The position numbers were made by a program, and so were the translations under genes. Shown here one piece after another: positions 11,450 to 23,143 of a stretch of 64,000 nucleotides of DNA. A model generated the notes under the pieces. It was not told the DNA's origin, made no database searches, and saw only the letters and a list, made by a program, of their open reading frames with translations. Location of the stretch: positions 96,001 to 160,000 of the forward strand of contig CAWGVG010000027.1 of assembly GCA_963825865.1 (NCBI GenBank). Reading direction: 5' to 3'. This DNA comes from an uncultured Nitrososphaeraceae archaeon (GTDB taxonomy: Archaea > Thermoproteota > Nitrososphaeria > Nitrososphaerales > Nitrososphaeraceae). Every line of letters starts with the position of its first letter. The first letter of the stretch is position 1.

Positions 11450-11672
11450 TCTTACCTCGTATTGTACCATTCATTACAAGACTGTAAGAACCAACTCTGG
11501 TTGGAGTCATTTTAACTTATAAAGTCTATCGGTTTGCTCTGAAGGCACGAAATCAAGTGGCTTCGTCACTCCGCCATACATTATATTCATGTTATCTAAG
11601 GCATATGTAACAGGCATTAAATTGTTTTTTTCCATAGTCTGGTTTAGCTGAACTATGGCATTATTCATTTCT
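11450..11672 (-). pseudogene. Degraded partial copy of gene 13649-14410
   Basis: Aligns by eye with about 14010-14245 (NNAIVQ, YGG.TKPLDF.PSE, PTR.GSY.LVMNGTI), with indels and no start. Confidence 0.75.
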
Positions 11673-11905
11673 CACACTGCTACTACTGCTACCACCGTAT
11701 TGCATGATCCTCAAAAATTGATAGAGAATATCTTATAGCATGCGCTAATTTTGGTATTGACAAGACGCAATTAAACATACTGTAAAATTTAGAAAATATA
11801 AGCATCATAATATTATTTTAGTTTTTAATAGTGTATAGATATACTATATGTTAAAGATAGAATGGTTAGTAAACCTTAAAAATAATAATGCAAAACCACG
11901 CATAG

Positions 11906-13523
11906 TTGAATTCTAAAGAGATATCTGTAATACTTGTAATAACCATTTCTTCTTTAATGATAATGCATTCTCCTGTTGTTTTAGCAAATGTTTCATACGC
12001 GCAATTACCTGAACCAACAATACCATCACCAGAGCCATCATCATTATCAACATTCCCTGATAATGCTGTAACAATAACGTCACCCCAAGACGGTCAAAAA
12101 ATACCTGTAGGCCAAAATCTTCAAGTAACAGGAAGGTCCATGGTCAACACTGCTTCTGATTGCAAAATCACTGTTAATTTAAATCGTGTAAAACCATCTC
12201 AATCAGTAGTAGCAGCTGGACCTGGTGGACCCAAAGACTACTCACAATGGAGTGTAATATTGACTTCTACGTATACTCCAATTGAAGAAGGACAAAACAG
12301 GATAGTTGCAAAAATCTCTTGTAGCAGTGACCCTAACTTGAAACAATTTGCGCATGTAAATGTGACAGGTGTAGCATTATCATCATTTTCTGATATGACA
12401 ACAACGCCATCATCATCATCGCAATCAAATCCACAAGCACAATCAGGAGTGCCGCTATCATCATCATCTGATGATGCTGTAACAATAAAATCACCTACAG
12501 AGGACAAGTCTTCCTCGTTTTCTAGTTATGGCAAAACATCATCAGACATTTATGGTGGCGATAGCGTGGGTGGTGAATCAATTCCAAAAACCTCCTCATC
12601 CTCAATTCAAACCATGCCAAATAATAATAATATATTATAATAATAATATCGCAAGTAGCGACAAAACTAATGATAATATGAGTGGCAATGATAAGGTAGT
12701 GATGATAAACTTTGACGACGGATATAAGAGCCACTTTCTGTATGCAAAGCCAATTTTAGATAAATATGGGTTTAAGGCTAGTTTCTTTATAGTCTGCGAC
12801 AAAATGGAAACACAACCAAAATGGATGACTTGGCAAGATATAACAGCACTCAAGAATGATGGAATGGATATAGAATCACATACAATGACCCATGCTCATT
12901 TGGACTCAGTCTCTGCACAAACATTAGATTATGAAACAGGCTATGCAAAACAATGCCTCGCTGATCACGGTTTTGACACAACAATCTTTGCATATCCCAA
13001 GAATTTAGGTTCAGACAACGATACAGTAGTTAATGTAGTTGGCAAATATTATAGTCTAGCTAGGTCAGGAACCGAATCATTATTCTTTTTAGATTGTACT
13101 GGCTATAAAAAGCATCCTCAAACTGATTGTAGCACATATGCATCTGACGGTAGTCTAAATTATGCAAACAGATATAATATTAAAAATGCCAGTCCTTTCC
13201 GCAACAATATCAATCTAGATGATTCCCAAATGTTTGAGAAGTTCGTTCAACGCGTGAATAGTCAAACTGCATTTAACTCAAATGGAAGGATAAATGCAAT
13301 ACCTATTATATCATATCATAACCTTACAAATAGCATGCAGGATTATGATAGCATGGGTTCTACTCTTACTGTTTCTCTGTTTGCTCAAGAAATGAAATAC
13401 CTGCATGATAATGGATTTAAAGTCTTACTTTTAAACCAGCTAGGATATGATACGACACGTAATGCCTTTTACTTAAAGAACTCAGCTGAAACTGTTGCGG
13501 CTACAACTGATACTACATCATGA
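11906..13523 (+). CDS. Secreted polysaccharide deacetylase (NodB/CE4) with an N-terminal Ig-like domain and Ser-rich linker; frameshift near 12630
   Basis: INFDDG, ESHTMTH, FAYP and IPIISYH motifs; the upstream ORF has a signal peptide and an ITSPQDGQ Ig-like domain. Confidence 0.85.
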
Positions 13524-13648
13524 CGAGCCTCTACAACTGCTACTACCTCTACGAATATAGAGAAAAGTGAATCAGCAGCAGCAGGCAGCAGCGTGGCTGA
13601 CTGAAGCTGTAAGATACAGAGATAGGTAACACAATAGTTATTATAATA

Positions 13649-14410
13649 TTAAGACGCACTGGGAACCTCTTTTTTACGAGAGAGTGCTACAGCTGCTATG
13701 ATTATGCCAGCTACACCTGCTCCTATGCCGCCCATTCCTATCATATATGACCTATCAGCTGCACCTTTTAAATTCTGAATTGATTTCTGAGTATCCGCAT
13801 TGGATTTAGCTATTGTATCTATGCCGCCTTTAGCTGAATCAATATCATTTGCCAATTGACTCACAATACTTTGTAGTCTAGGCCCAATATTGTTATTGGC
13901 GGTAGTGATATCTCCTCCTCCTCCTTCTATTGCAGAGCTACTAGTAGCATCTGGAAAAGATATCTTTTGTTTACCTTCAACCAAATCAAGAGGGATTTCA
14001 GCATTAATTTTCTGCCCTTGTATTGTACCATTCATCACAAGGTTATAGGAACCAATTCTAGTTGGAATCATTTTGCCATTATACAGCCCTTCCGTTTCTT
14101 CGGAAGGCTCAAAATCAAGCGGCTTTGTGGCCCCACCGTACTTCACCACAATATTCATGTCAGCCAAGGCGTTTATAACAGCCGTTGAATTATTTTTTCC
14201 ACCGCTAGTCTGATTTACCTGGACAATAGCATTATTCAATTCTGCTACAAGTGCTGGTTCATTACTCCAACCAACTTCAAGTGTAATATTGCCAAACTTC
14301 TTAGTTATGTGGGCATATGCCAGTTCAGCATTAGAAAAAGAAAAAGCCAAAATAATAATAATTAAGGCAAACAATGTTATTGGTAATAATGCAATTTTTG
14401 TTTGTAACAT
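13649..14410 (-). CDS. Membrane-anchored protein with predicted N-terminal His, beta-domain, coiled-coil stalk and C-terminal TM
   Basis: AYA-HITKKFG and EVGWSNEP motifs; Gly-rich TM followed by RKK. Confidence 0.85.
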   Translation of the reverse strand: MLQTKIALLPITLFALIIIILAFSFSNAELAYAHITKKFGNITLEVGWSNEPALVAELNNAIVQVNQTSGGKNNSTAVINALADMNIVVKYGGATKPLDFEPSEETEGLYNGKMIPTRIGSYNLVMNGTIQGQKINAEIPLDLVEGKQKISFPDATSSSAIEGGGGDITTANNNIGPRLQSIVSQLANDIDSAKGGIDTIAKSNADTQKSIQNLKGAADRSYMIGMGGIGAGVAGIIIAAVALSRKKEVPSAS

Positions 14411-14454
14411 ACAAATTGAATCTGCACATTCTTTATTATATTCTTTAGGCGTGG

Positions 14455-14474
14455 TTCGATAGTTGTACTATAAA
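14455..14474 (+). promoter_or_regulatory. Shared upstream motif, copy 3 (TTCGATAGTTGTACTATAAA)
   Basis: In the divergent intergenic region upstream of copCD. Confidence 0.65.
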
Positions 14475-14512
14475 AACAGGAAAAATCAAATACCATGATA
14501 TCCAAAATGTAA

Positions 14513-17500
14513 TTGTATACTCCTATGGGTATGAGGCCATCTCACATGTCATCGTCTTGCGTTATTATTGCATTTGTTATTATTATTATTGGCATTACAT
14601 CAATGGTGGTGTTACTAACTTTCTTTCCTAATGGTATGCCCAAAGCCTACGCTCATGCTTTCACAATAAAAAGTGACCCATCACCTTCACAATCCTTACC
14701 AACATCACCGTCCAACGTGGATGTTTTTTTTAGCGAACCTGTAGACCTGCGTTATAGTACAATAAAGGTTCTGGATGCGAGTGGCAAGCAAGTAGATAAT
14801 AAAAATGCGCACAGTATAGGTGGCGACCCAGCAACGCTAAGTGTAACACTTCCTTCTGGTCTAAAAGATGGAATATATACAGTTTCTACGAAGGTTCTTT
14901 CTGCTACAGATGGTCATGTAGTAGACAGTGCTTTTGTATTTGGTATAGGCCAAGCCGCAGTTCCATTGCAACAGTCTTCAGGGTACTCCATCTGGTTCCC
15001 AATCCCAGCTCTACATACCTAATGCAATAGCAAGGTTTCCTGCATATGTCGGCCAGGTCCTAGTAGTAGGAGCTGCCTTTGTAACTCTTTGGCTATGGAG
15101 ACCAATTTCAAAAATTAGCTGGTTAAAAGATACTCTTGCGCCTGTTCGTAACAGAATTGATAGAAGTTTGATTATTCTGATGGTAATTGGCTCAGTCATT
15201 CTAATAGTCTCTGATTTTGGAATTATTTATGTTCAGGCAAAAGAACTCGGTACCGGAATTAGTGAAGCTATTGGAACTAAATTTGGCGGCGTATGGGTTA
15301 TGAGAACAATAGAATCTCTAATATTACTTGCTGTTTCTTTGGGAATATATTTTAGGAGAGTATGGAGGAAGAAGCCAGGCCTTATAACTCCTCCTTCAAA
15401 AGGAGAGATTACGAGCTTATTTGCAATAGGCCTTACAGTACTGGCGACTACTACTTTAATAGGTCATGGTGCCACTAGTGGTCAACTACTACCAATTGCA
15501 ATTGACTTTATACATAATCTTGCCAGCTTCTCTTTGGATTGGTGGAATAATCTATCTAGCATTTATAGTCGCCCCAAAGTTAAGACAGGCTACAACATTG
15601 GAAGAAAATGTTAAAGCATCTGCCTTGTCAATAATTATTCCACGATTTTCTACAGTTCCTGTAACTATTTTGGGCGTGATAGTTGTTACTGGTCCATTTC
15701 TGTTATACTTTATTGAAAGTAATCTTGATTTAACATTGGCTTCATTGTACGGAAAATGGCTTATTATAAAACTCTCACTTGCAGCAATAATGATTGCAAT
15801 AGGAGGATACAATCAACGAATAATACAGAGAGACGCTCTCAGGCTTGCTACTGCTAGCGTCGCAGCAACTATCAAAAGTACTGGAAGAGGAAGAGGAGGA
15901 GGCAGAGAACAAGTTGAGGTTGATCGCAATAATAATAATAATAAGAACCGATCATCAAAGAACTCTAAAAGATCTATTGTTTCTAAATTCAATAGAAGCG
16001 CAAAGGCAGAAGCAATAGTTGGTATTGCATTGCTTGCCGCTGTGGCACTGCTAGTAAATACAGGAACCCCAGGGAGCGAGTTTCAAGGTCAGCAACAACA
16101 ACAACAATCAACAAATACTTCAACCACAGCAAATGCGATAACAGCTATAGTATCTCAGCAACAACAACAACAACATTTTACATCAACAAGATTTGTAGAA
16201 GATGGCAGCAGGGTGATCCTGTCAATCGACCCATTTACACCAGGTAATAACAATTTTAAAATTTCATTTTTAGATTCACACAAAAATCCTATAGATATAA
16301 AGTCAGCACAGATAAGGTATACCCAGACAGAAAAAGGAATAGGCCCAATTAATATAGATACTACACAAGTTTCCAAAGGAGTATTTTCTGCTAACGCTGC
16401 TTTTGGTTTACCTGGAAAATGGAATTTAGAGATTGAAGGAGTTCAAACCAAGGCAAATGCGTTGAACATTGTTACAAGTTATGATCTATTCGTAAAACCA
16501 AATTTAGACCAATTAAATTTTAATATTCAAGAACAAAAAATGCCGCAGAACGACAGTCAGCCACTTTATCCTGTATATGATAAAAGTAGAAATGCAATAT
16601 GGGTTGGAGACACAGTTATAGATAGTGGAAGAATATTTGAATATAATTTAAACTCTAACAAATATGTAGAACATAAAGTCGCTGGCACTAGCATTGTAAC
16701 TATTATGGCTCTAGATTCGCACAATCAATTATGGTTTATTGATCCATTAATGAAAAACCTCGGTCAGTACAATACTACAACTGGGACCATTAAATTATAC
16801 AAAATTCCTAGCCAAGGGGTTATATCAGGTATTACAGTTAACCCAAACAACAATAACATCTGGATTACATCTCCAGCTACTAACGAGGTGCTAAGGTTTA
16901 ATCCTCAGGCAAAGAACTTTACAGGCTTTAATTTGCCAACTGCAAATGCCCAACCATTTGGTATTATAGCAGATCAAACTTCTGGACAGCTGTGGATAGC
17001 AGAAGGAATAGGAAAACTGGCTAACATAGATCCTACACACAACTATAAAATTAGTGAATATGCTCCTACTCCTGCTACTACAGGCCAGAATAATACACTT
17101 AAAAGCCCTACTGCCCTATTTACTGATCCTATTACAGGTGATATCTATATCTCCCAGCACGATGGTCATACGGTATCTATTTTCAGTCCATTGCTCAAGA
17201 CATTCAAAGATTTTCCACCACTTGATCCAAATGGATTGCCATTTGGAATGGCAATGGATAGTTATCATAACTTGTGGGTTGCTGAACATACGATAAATAA
17301 AATCGCAGTAATAGATCCACGAACTGGGGCAAGCAAAGAAGTGACTATACCTAATCAAAGTCCTTTCGTTCAATGGGTTACTGCAGATTCTAAAGGGAAT
17401 ATCTGGTTAGCAGAGCAGCGAGGAAGTTCTCTTGGTGTTGTAACAGCTACTACAAAGCTTACACAGTCTAACGTTGGAGGAGACCAAACAAGCAATAAAA

Positions 17501-17667
17501 ACAACAACAACAAACCCGATATTCATCGACTGGCTTTCAGCTATGCTGATGTTGTGGGTCCTTCTGTGGCAGCCGGAATAATAGTTAGTGCTCTTTTCTA
17601 CACAAAAAGCATCATTGATTTGAATAACAGTGTAAGGCAGGTAAAGAAGAACATCCGCACTCAATAA
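14513..17667 (+). CDS. copCD: CopC-CopD-YtkA-like-Vgb-like beta-propeller fusion; frameshifts near 14985 and 15520
   Basis: CopC: AYA-HA...FSEPV...DGH. CopD: LIGH, FIHNLA.SLWIGG, YGKWLIIKL. Then a PFTPGNNNF...PGKW Ig domain, LW.AE/PFG propeller repeats and a C-terminal TM. Confidence 0.88.
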
Positions 17668-17742
17668 ATAAGCTGTCATTATATCTGAAAAAAAAATTAA
17701 AACACCGCCTATTGTGCATTTATGCTGATGATGCTTTGCCTT

Positions 17743-17860
17743 GGCTCAGTAGAAATCATCATCGATTAGTATAATAAGATTGATTAATCTGTGCATGATA
17801 TTTTTATGTTCCCAGTTAGAACTTTGCCTGGATAATATATCTTGGCATCTTATGTATGTC
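17743..17860 (-). mobile_element. Degenerate remnant of the IS5-like element (right end)
   Basis: GGCTCAGTAGAAATCATC...ATAAGATTGATTAATCTGTG resembles the rc of the 3' end of IS 2050-3013. Confidence 0.55.
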
Positions 17861-17899
17861 AACTTTCAATATATATTGCAGCGGTAGTTGCTTGTCTTA

Positions 17900-18473
17900 T
17901 CAAGGAAAACGTAGATCTAGATTCTTCTTTTTGAACCTGTTTGCTATCAAAACTACGCCTAGCATTGCTGCCATAATTGAAGCTCCAACTCCTATTGGAA
18001 ATTCAGGTGCTACTTTGATAGAATATTCCGCAGATTCAGGTTTAATAGGATTAAAAAGGATTCCATATATGGGAATATTAATTGAGTAGCCTCCTAGGCC
18101 TTGAAATGTATAGGGTATAGTTACAATACCTTCTGCTGTATGAAGTGGTTTGCCTGGCTGACCCGCTAGTTGCGATGCCATGAATATCTCTTTGCCATTA
18201 TTATCTTTGATTATAAAGTCATAATCTATATGGGGCTGTACTTTGTTGTCAGTTCCCTTCTGCAAGAAAGTTACTTTAAATGATGTTTGATTTTTATTTC
18301 CAATTGGTTCAGGCGAGGGTTGCAGAAGAATATCGAGTGAACCTCCACTTGTTGTTTTCTTCATGCCGGTCGGGGAAGTTTGAGCATGTATTGAGGACGA
18401 TGTAATGCTGAAAATACTTGCTGCCTATAACCAATACTATGAAAACAGCGTTTAAGGGGTTATTGGTTAACAT
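17900..18473 (-). CDS. PEF(G)-CTERM surface protein (archaeosortase substrate); frameshift near 18423
   Basis: QPHIDYD and LHTAEG motifs; C-terminal PEFP-TM-RFKKK; signal peptide from ATG 18473. Confidence 0.85.
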
Positions 18474-19328
18474 ATATTATTATTATATCGTAGAAATGAT
18501 TGGTTAAAAAAGTTATTATTTATAAGAACTGCCAAATAGGTAAATAATGAAATTGTAATAAATCGTCGTCATATCTTCTGAAAAACAAACAACAAAAAAA
18601 GAGGAGAATTCAATTTATTAATAAGCTGAGTTGAGCTAGATTATTGCGTTAAATATGCTACTGGGAAAACAAATACATTCAATGAGAATATTGTCTTAGC
18701 CAAGTAGTAATAATAATATTATTATTATCTTCTTCAATACAAATATATTTTTACAGATTTTTCAGCACAATACATTCGTCTCAGCCATTGTGGGTAATTA
18801 ATTCTCTTTCATGCTCTGAGCATACATGTTCTAATAAAATCTGGTGGTCAAAGAAATATCTACATCCACAAGGATATTCAATGTGTTTTTTTCTAAAATC
18901 ACTAGTTCTTTCCCGTTCTTGCTCAATGATCTCAGTCATTTATTACTATACTTTATTTTATGTTGGATAAAAAGATTTCAAATATTATATGAAAAGGATC
19001 AATGTCATGGTGGATGTACAACATACTTACTTTAAAAACGGAAAAAAATGGATGTAGTAGTATAATATTGAGAAATTCTATGAGATATGACAAGGTTTAT
19101 CTGTCAATTCTGCTCTTGACCGTTTAATATTATTTAGATGATTTCAAAACGATCGAATTTTTCCTAATGAAATAATATATAACCTCTATTATGTTTTATC
19201 CATAGACATATACCATCACTTGATCCAGATATTATCCACTTCAGCATTTATTTCAAGCAATTCTCATCTTTGAGCAATAGGAGCGTATATGCCAGACCAT
19301 CAGCACAGATGATGATAATAAAAATAAT

Positions 19329-20687
19329 TTACCATCCCATGGCCTTTGCAGATTTTGCTGCAGCGTCGTCCAGGGCTTGCTTAGGCTCTTTCATACCATA
19401 GAAAACTTGATCTAGTGCCTGGTGAATATCTTCATCTATATGAGGATACTCTGGTATACTGGGCCTAGCGCGAGCAATTGTCATCATGGAGATTAATTTA
19501 TCATAATACGGGATTGTTTGCTTCAGTTGTGCAGAATTAGGACCTTCTCCTATTAGTATCTGTGTTGGCGTATGGCCGTATTTTACATGCAAAGGTGTCA
19601 TTATTTTAGGGTCTAACACCAGCGTAATTAATTCCCATGCTAGGTCCTTATTTCCAGATGTTTCGGGAATGCCCAGCAACCAACCTCCCAACAAGGTTGC
19701 ACTCCTATAACTTGAATTTGGTGTAGGAAACATTGGCAGGAAGCCGACTTTCTGTTCAAAATTCTGCTTCTGATCAGTTGTGTTCAAATGGATGTGATGC
19801 TGTAATGCTTCTAACATCACTGCAAACTTCCTGTCAAGAAATTCCTTACCCCAAAAATGTTGTTTTTGTGGCTTTATTCCTGCATTAACCTGCTCTTTGA
19901 TAAATTCCATTGCTCTGACTCCAGTGCTATTATACGCTGGAAACCAGTAAGTTCCCTTTGTTGGGTGGCCATCCTTCTGCTTAATTATATCCCCTCCAAG
20001 CATCCAGAGATAAGGATAAAATGACATGTCTGGAGAATGCTCAGCGAGCAACGAGGTGTATCCTTCTATTCCCTGGGGCCTTAATGCAGCATTGAGCTTC
20101 TTTGCAGATGTGATATGTCCATCCCATGTCTGCAACGAGTTAGGATCTACACCTGCTTTATTTATAGATCCTTCCAATACCACATTCCCCTTAGGTCAGC
20201 GACTGTCCATATGCCATATATTTTATCCTTGTACACACCACCATCCCAGTTCGCTTCATACCAGTCTTTTTCTTTTCCCCAACTCTTGGCACGATCTGTA
20301 AGGTCAGCTAAAAATCCTTTTTCAACAAATTCTCCAAGCCAAATCTGATCTACAGACATTATATCAACAGGAGTTTGGTTAGCCATTGCCTTTAAAAACT
20401 GCGTATGCAAGTTCAGGTATGGAATCGGTCTATAGTCTAGCTGAATCAGCGATGTCTGGATGTCTGGCTCTCAACTCCTGCATTGCAGGTTGAAATAGCG
20501 TATTCAACAATCTTGGAGGATCACCTTGGTCGTCAACCACCGTTGTAAGCGTGACATGTTTTTTCTGAGCTGATGAAGATGATGATGATGCGATATCTCC
20601 AATAACTATTACTAGGCCGACTGTTATTGCAAGTGATATTACAAGACTAAAACGAGTAACTGTATGTTTGGTAATACATATCTTCAT
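19329..20687 (-). CDS. Sugar-type ABC extracellular solute-binding protein, split by frameshifts, with no permease adjacent
   Basis: DIMSVDQIWLGEF, WYWKDL, TLLGGWLLGI and PKQALDDAA family-1 SBP motifs spread over three ORFs. Confidence 0.85.
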
Positions 20688-20806
20688 GAATATTCTAACA
20701 AAATGTTTTACGTGATTTAAGAGTTTCTGGTTTGTATGGCTTTGGCATGAACAACAAGAAAATTAAACTTCAGAAGAATCCTTTCAAATGAACGGGAATC
20801 TTATAT

Positions 20807-21120
20807 TTATTGAGTCAGAGATACTTCGATATAAACATCTTCAGGTATTTTTAATCTCATTAATTGTCTAATGGATCTATCATCTGCACCCAAGATCTAT
20901 AACTCGTCTATGAACTCTAAGTTCATATTTATCCCAAGTATTTGTTCCTTGTCCACATGGAGATTTGCGTGTTACAACCCGCATTTTTTTAGTAGGAAGT
21001 GGATGAGGGCCTTTTAATTTTATCCCGTTTTTTTCTCCAATATCCTTTAATTTCAGAACAAACATTTTCAAGAGTTAAAAGATTTGTACTTGTAAGTTTT
21101 ATTCTAGCTTCTTGTGGCAT
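20807..21120 (-). CDS. rpsJ: 30S ribosomal protein S10 (uS10), apparent indels
   Basis: [11 protein letters not shown]...[36 protein letters not shown]...[10 protein letters not shown]. Confidence 0.95.
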
Positions 21121-21138
21121 CTTATTTCCACTTACTTT

Positions 21139-22454
21139 TTAGTTTGGATCGTATTTATCATGTAATAGTTTTAACTACTCCTGCAGCAATAGTGGTTCCC
21201 ATATCTCTTAGGGCAAATCTTCCAATCTCAGGAAATTCTTTAAAGTTTCAATAGCTAATGGTCTTACTGGTTTTATTTTTACAATAGCGGCATCTCCTGT
21301 CTTCAAAAATTTGGGTTTTTCTTCGACTATGCCGCCAGTTTTTGGATCAATTTTTGCAACAAATTCTGATAATGTTGCAGCAACTTGTGCAGTATGAGCA
21401 TGTAATACAGGAGTATATCCTGGAGCCATAGCTGTTGGATGATGAATTACAATAATTTGTGCTTCAAATTCTTTTGCAACACTGGGAGGATTATTCAGAG
21501 TTCCTATAATATCGCCACGCTATGAATAAGATTTTTTGTCAACACCCCTCAAATTAAATCCAATATTATCTCCTGCTTCTGCAGAATCCATTTGTGTATG
21601 ATGGGTTTCTATTGACTTGACATCTCCTGACACTCCTGCTGGCATTACTATAACTTTTTGATTTGATTTTATTATACCTGTTTCCACTCTGCCAACAGGC
21701 ACAGTTCCCACACCAGTAATAGAATAAACATCTTGAATAGGAATACGCAATGGTTTACCAATTGGTTTTTCTGGCGGTGTAAATGAATCTAATGCTTCAG
21801 CCAAAGTAGGTCCTTTGTACCAATGGCATATTTTCAGATTTTTTGACAAGATTATCGCCTTTCCATGCCAGAAACAGGAATAAAATTAACTTTAGCTTGT
21901 ATTATATCCCACCAATTTTAAGCATTTTTTCTACAATCTCTTTAACTTCTTTATATCGTGCTTCTGAATAACCAGCATCATCCATCTTATTTAAGTGCAA
22001 CTACAATTTGACCTACACCTAGTGTTCTTGAAAGAAAAGCATGTTCTCTTGCTTGGCCACCAGGTTCAGTAGCAGCTTCTGTTTCTCCTGGTTTAACTGA
22101 AACAACAAGAATGGCTGCATCTGCCTCAGATGCACCCGTAATCATATTTTTGATAAAATCTCTATGACCAGGAGCATCAATTAAAGTATAAAAGAATTTA
22201 GAAGTTTCAAATTTTTGAAAAGCCAAATCGATAGTAATACCTCTATCTCTTTCATCCTTAATACTATCCAATACCCATGCATACTTGAAAGTATCACCTT
22301 TTCCAGTAGCTTCTGATTCCTTTGCAAATGAGTCAATAGTTCTTTGATCAATAACACCCAAATCCACCAATAAATGACCTACAGTAGTTGATTTACCATT
22401 ATCAACATGACCAGTAACCACCAAGTTCATATGTGGTTTTTTACTTGCACTCAT
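21139..22454 (-). CDS. tuf: Elongation factor 1-alpha, several apparent indels
   Basis: [41 protein letters not shown] and [10 protein letters not shown] motifs. Confidence 0.97.
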
Positions 22455-22659
22455 AACGGGTAAAAATCATTAGGGCTTTATTTGTATTTCGTTAAGCTCT
22501 ACACTTATCATGATACAAAAACTAGTATGACTCTCTTTCAGTCGAGGAATTATGTGTAGAGTTAGGGATTATGGGGTATAACCATTCATGAATTATGATA
22601 AAGATACTCGTGCCATTACACACTCTTCAAGTATTGCAAGTAAACTTCCACCCATAATT

Positions 22660-23016
22660 TCATGATGTCTTGGACATTGATCTCTGATAGTCGTCTTCAA
22701 GTCGTACTATGTCTCTTTCATCAAATTTGCCGTATGATATTTCAAGGATAATGCAGTCGTCATTTAATGCTTTAACTCTATGCTTTGCTCTTTTCGGAAT
22801 TACGACATTTTCGCCTTCTTTTACGTAGAGTAGTTTATCTTCAAGTTCCACTTGTGCATTACCTTTTATAATTTTCCAGAATTCCCACCTCTCGTTATGA
22901 TACTGAAGACTGAGTCTAGAATTTGGATTAACATAAATTAGTTTGACAGTGCAAGGCTGGTTTTCATGAAACTTTTCAAATTTTCCCCACGGTCTAGCCT
23001 CCGAATAAATATCCAT
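22660..23016 (-). CDS. Mannose-6-phosphate isomerase type II C-terminal cupin protein
   Basis: RPWG, RLSLQYH..R.EFW, KHR and EIS...DIVRLEDDY motifs. Confidence 0.9.
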   Translation of the reverse strand: MDIYSEARPWGKFEKFHENQPCTVKLIYVNPNSRLSLQYHNERWEFWKIIKGNAQVELEDKLLYVKEGENVVIPKRAKHRVKALNDDCIILEISYGKFDERDIVRLEDDYQRSMSKTS

Positions 23017-23143
23017 ATAAAGAGAATGTAGAAAAATGATTTAACAATTACCATTTATAAAGGCAAGTTAAATGCTTAGAGCAAATTTCGCGGTTAGTGT
23101 CAATTTCATATTTATGTGTGAAAAAAATCTCCATCATGATGTA

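Noticed and set aside
20807-22454. Programmed frameshifting or pseudogenisation of tuf and rpsJ
   Set aside because: Indels are scattered window-wide with no consistent slippery motif; sequencing error is the simpler explanation.
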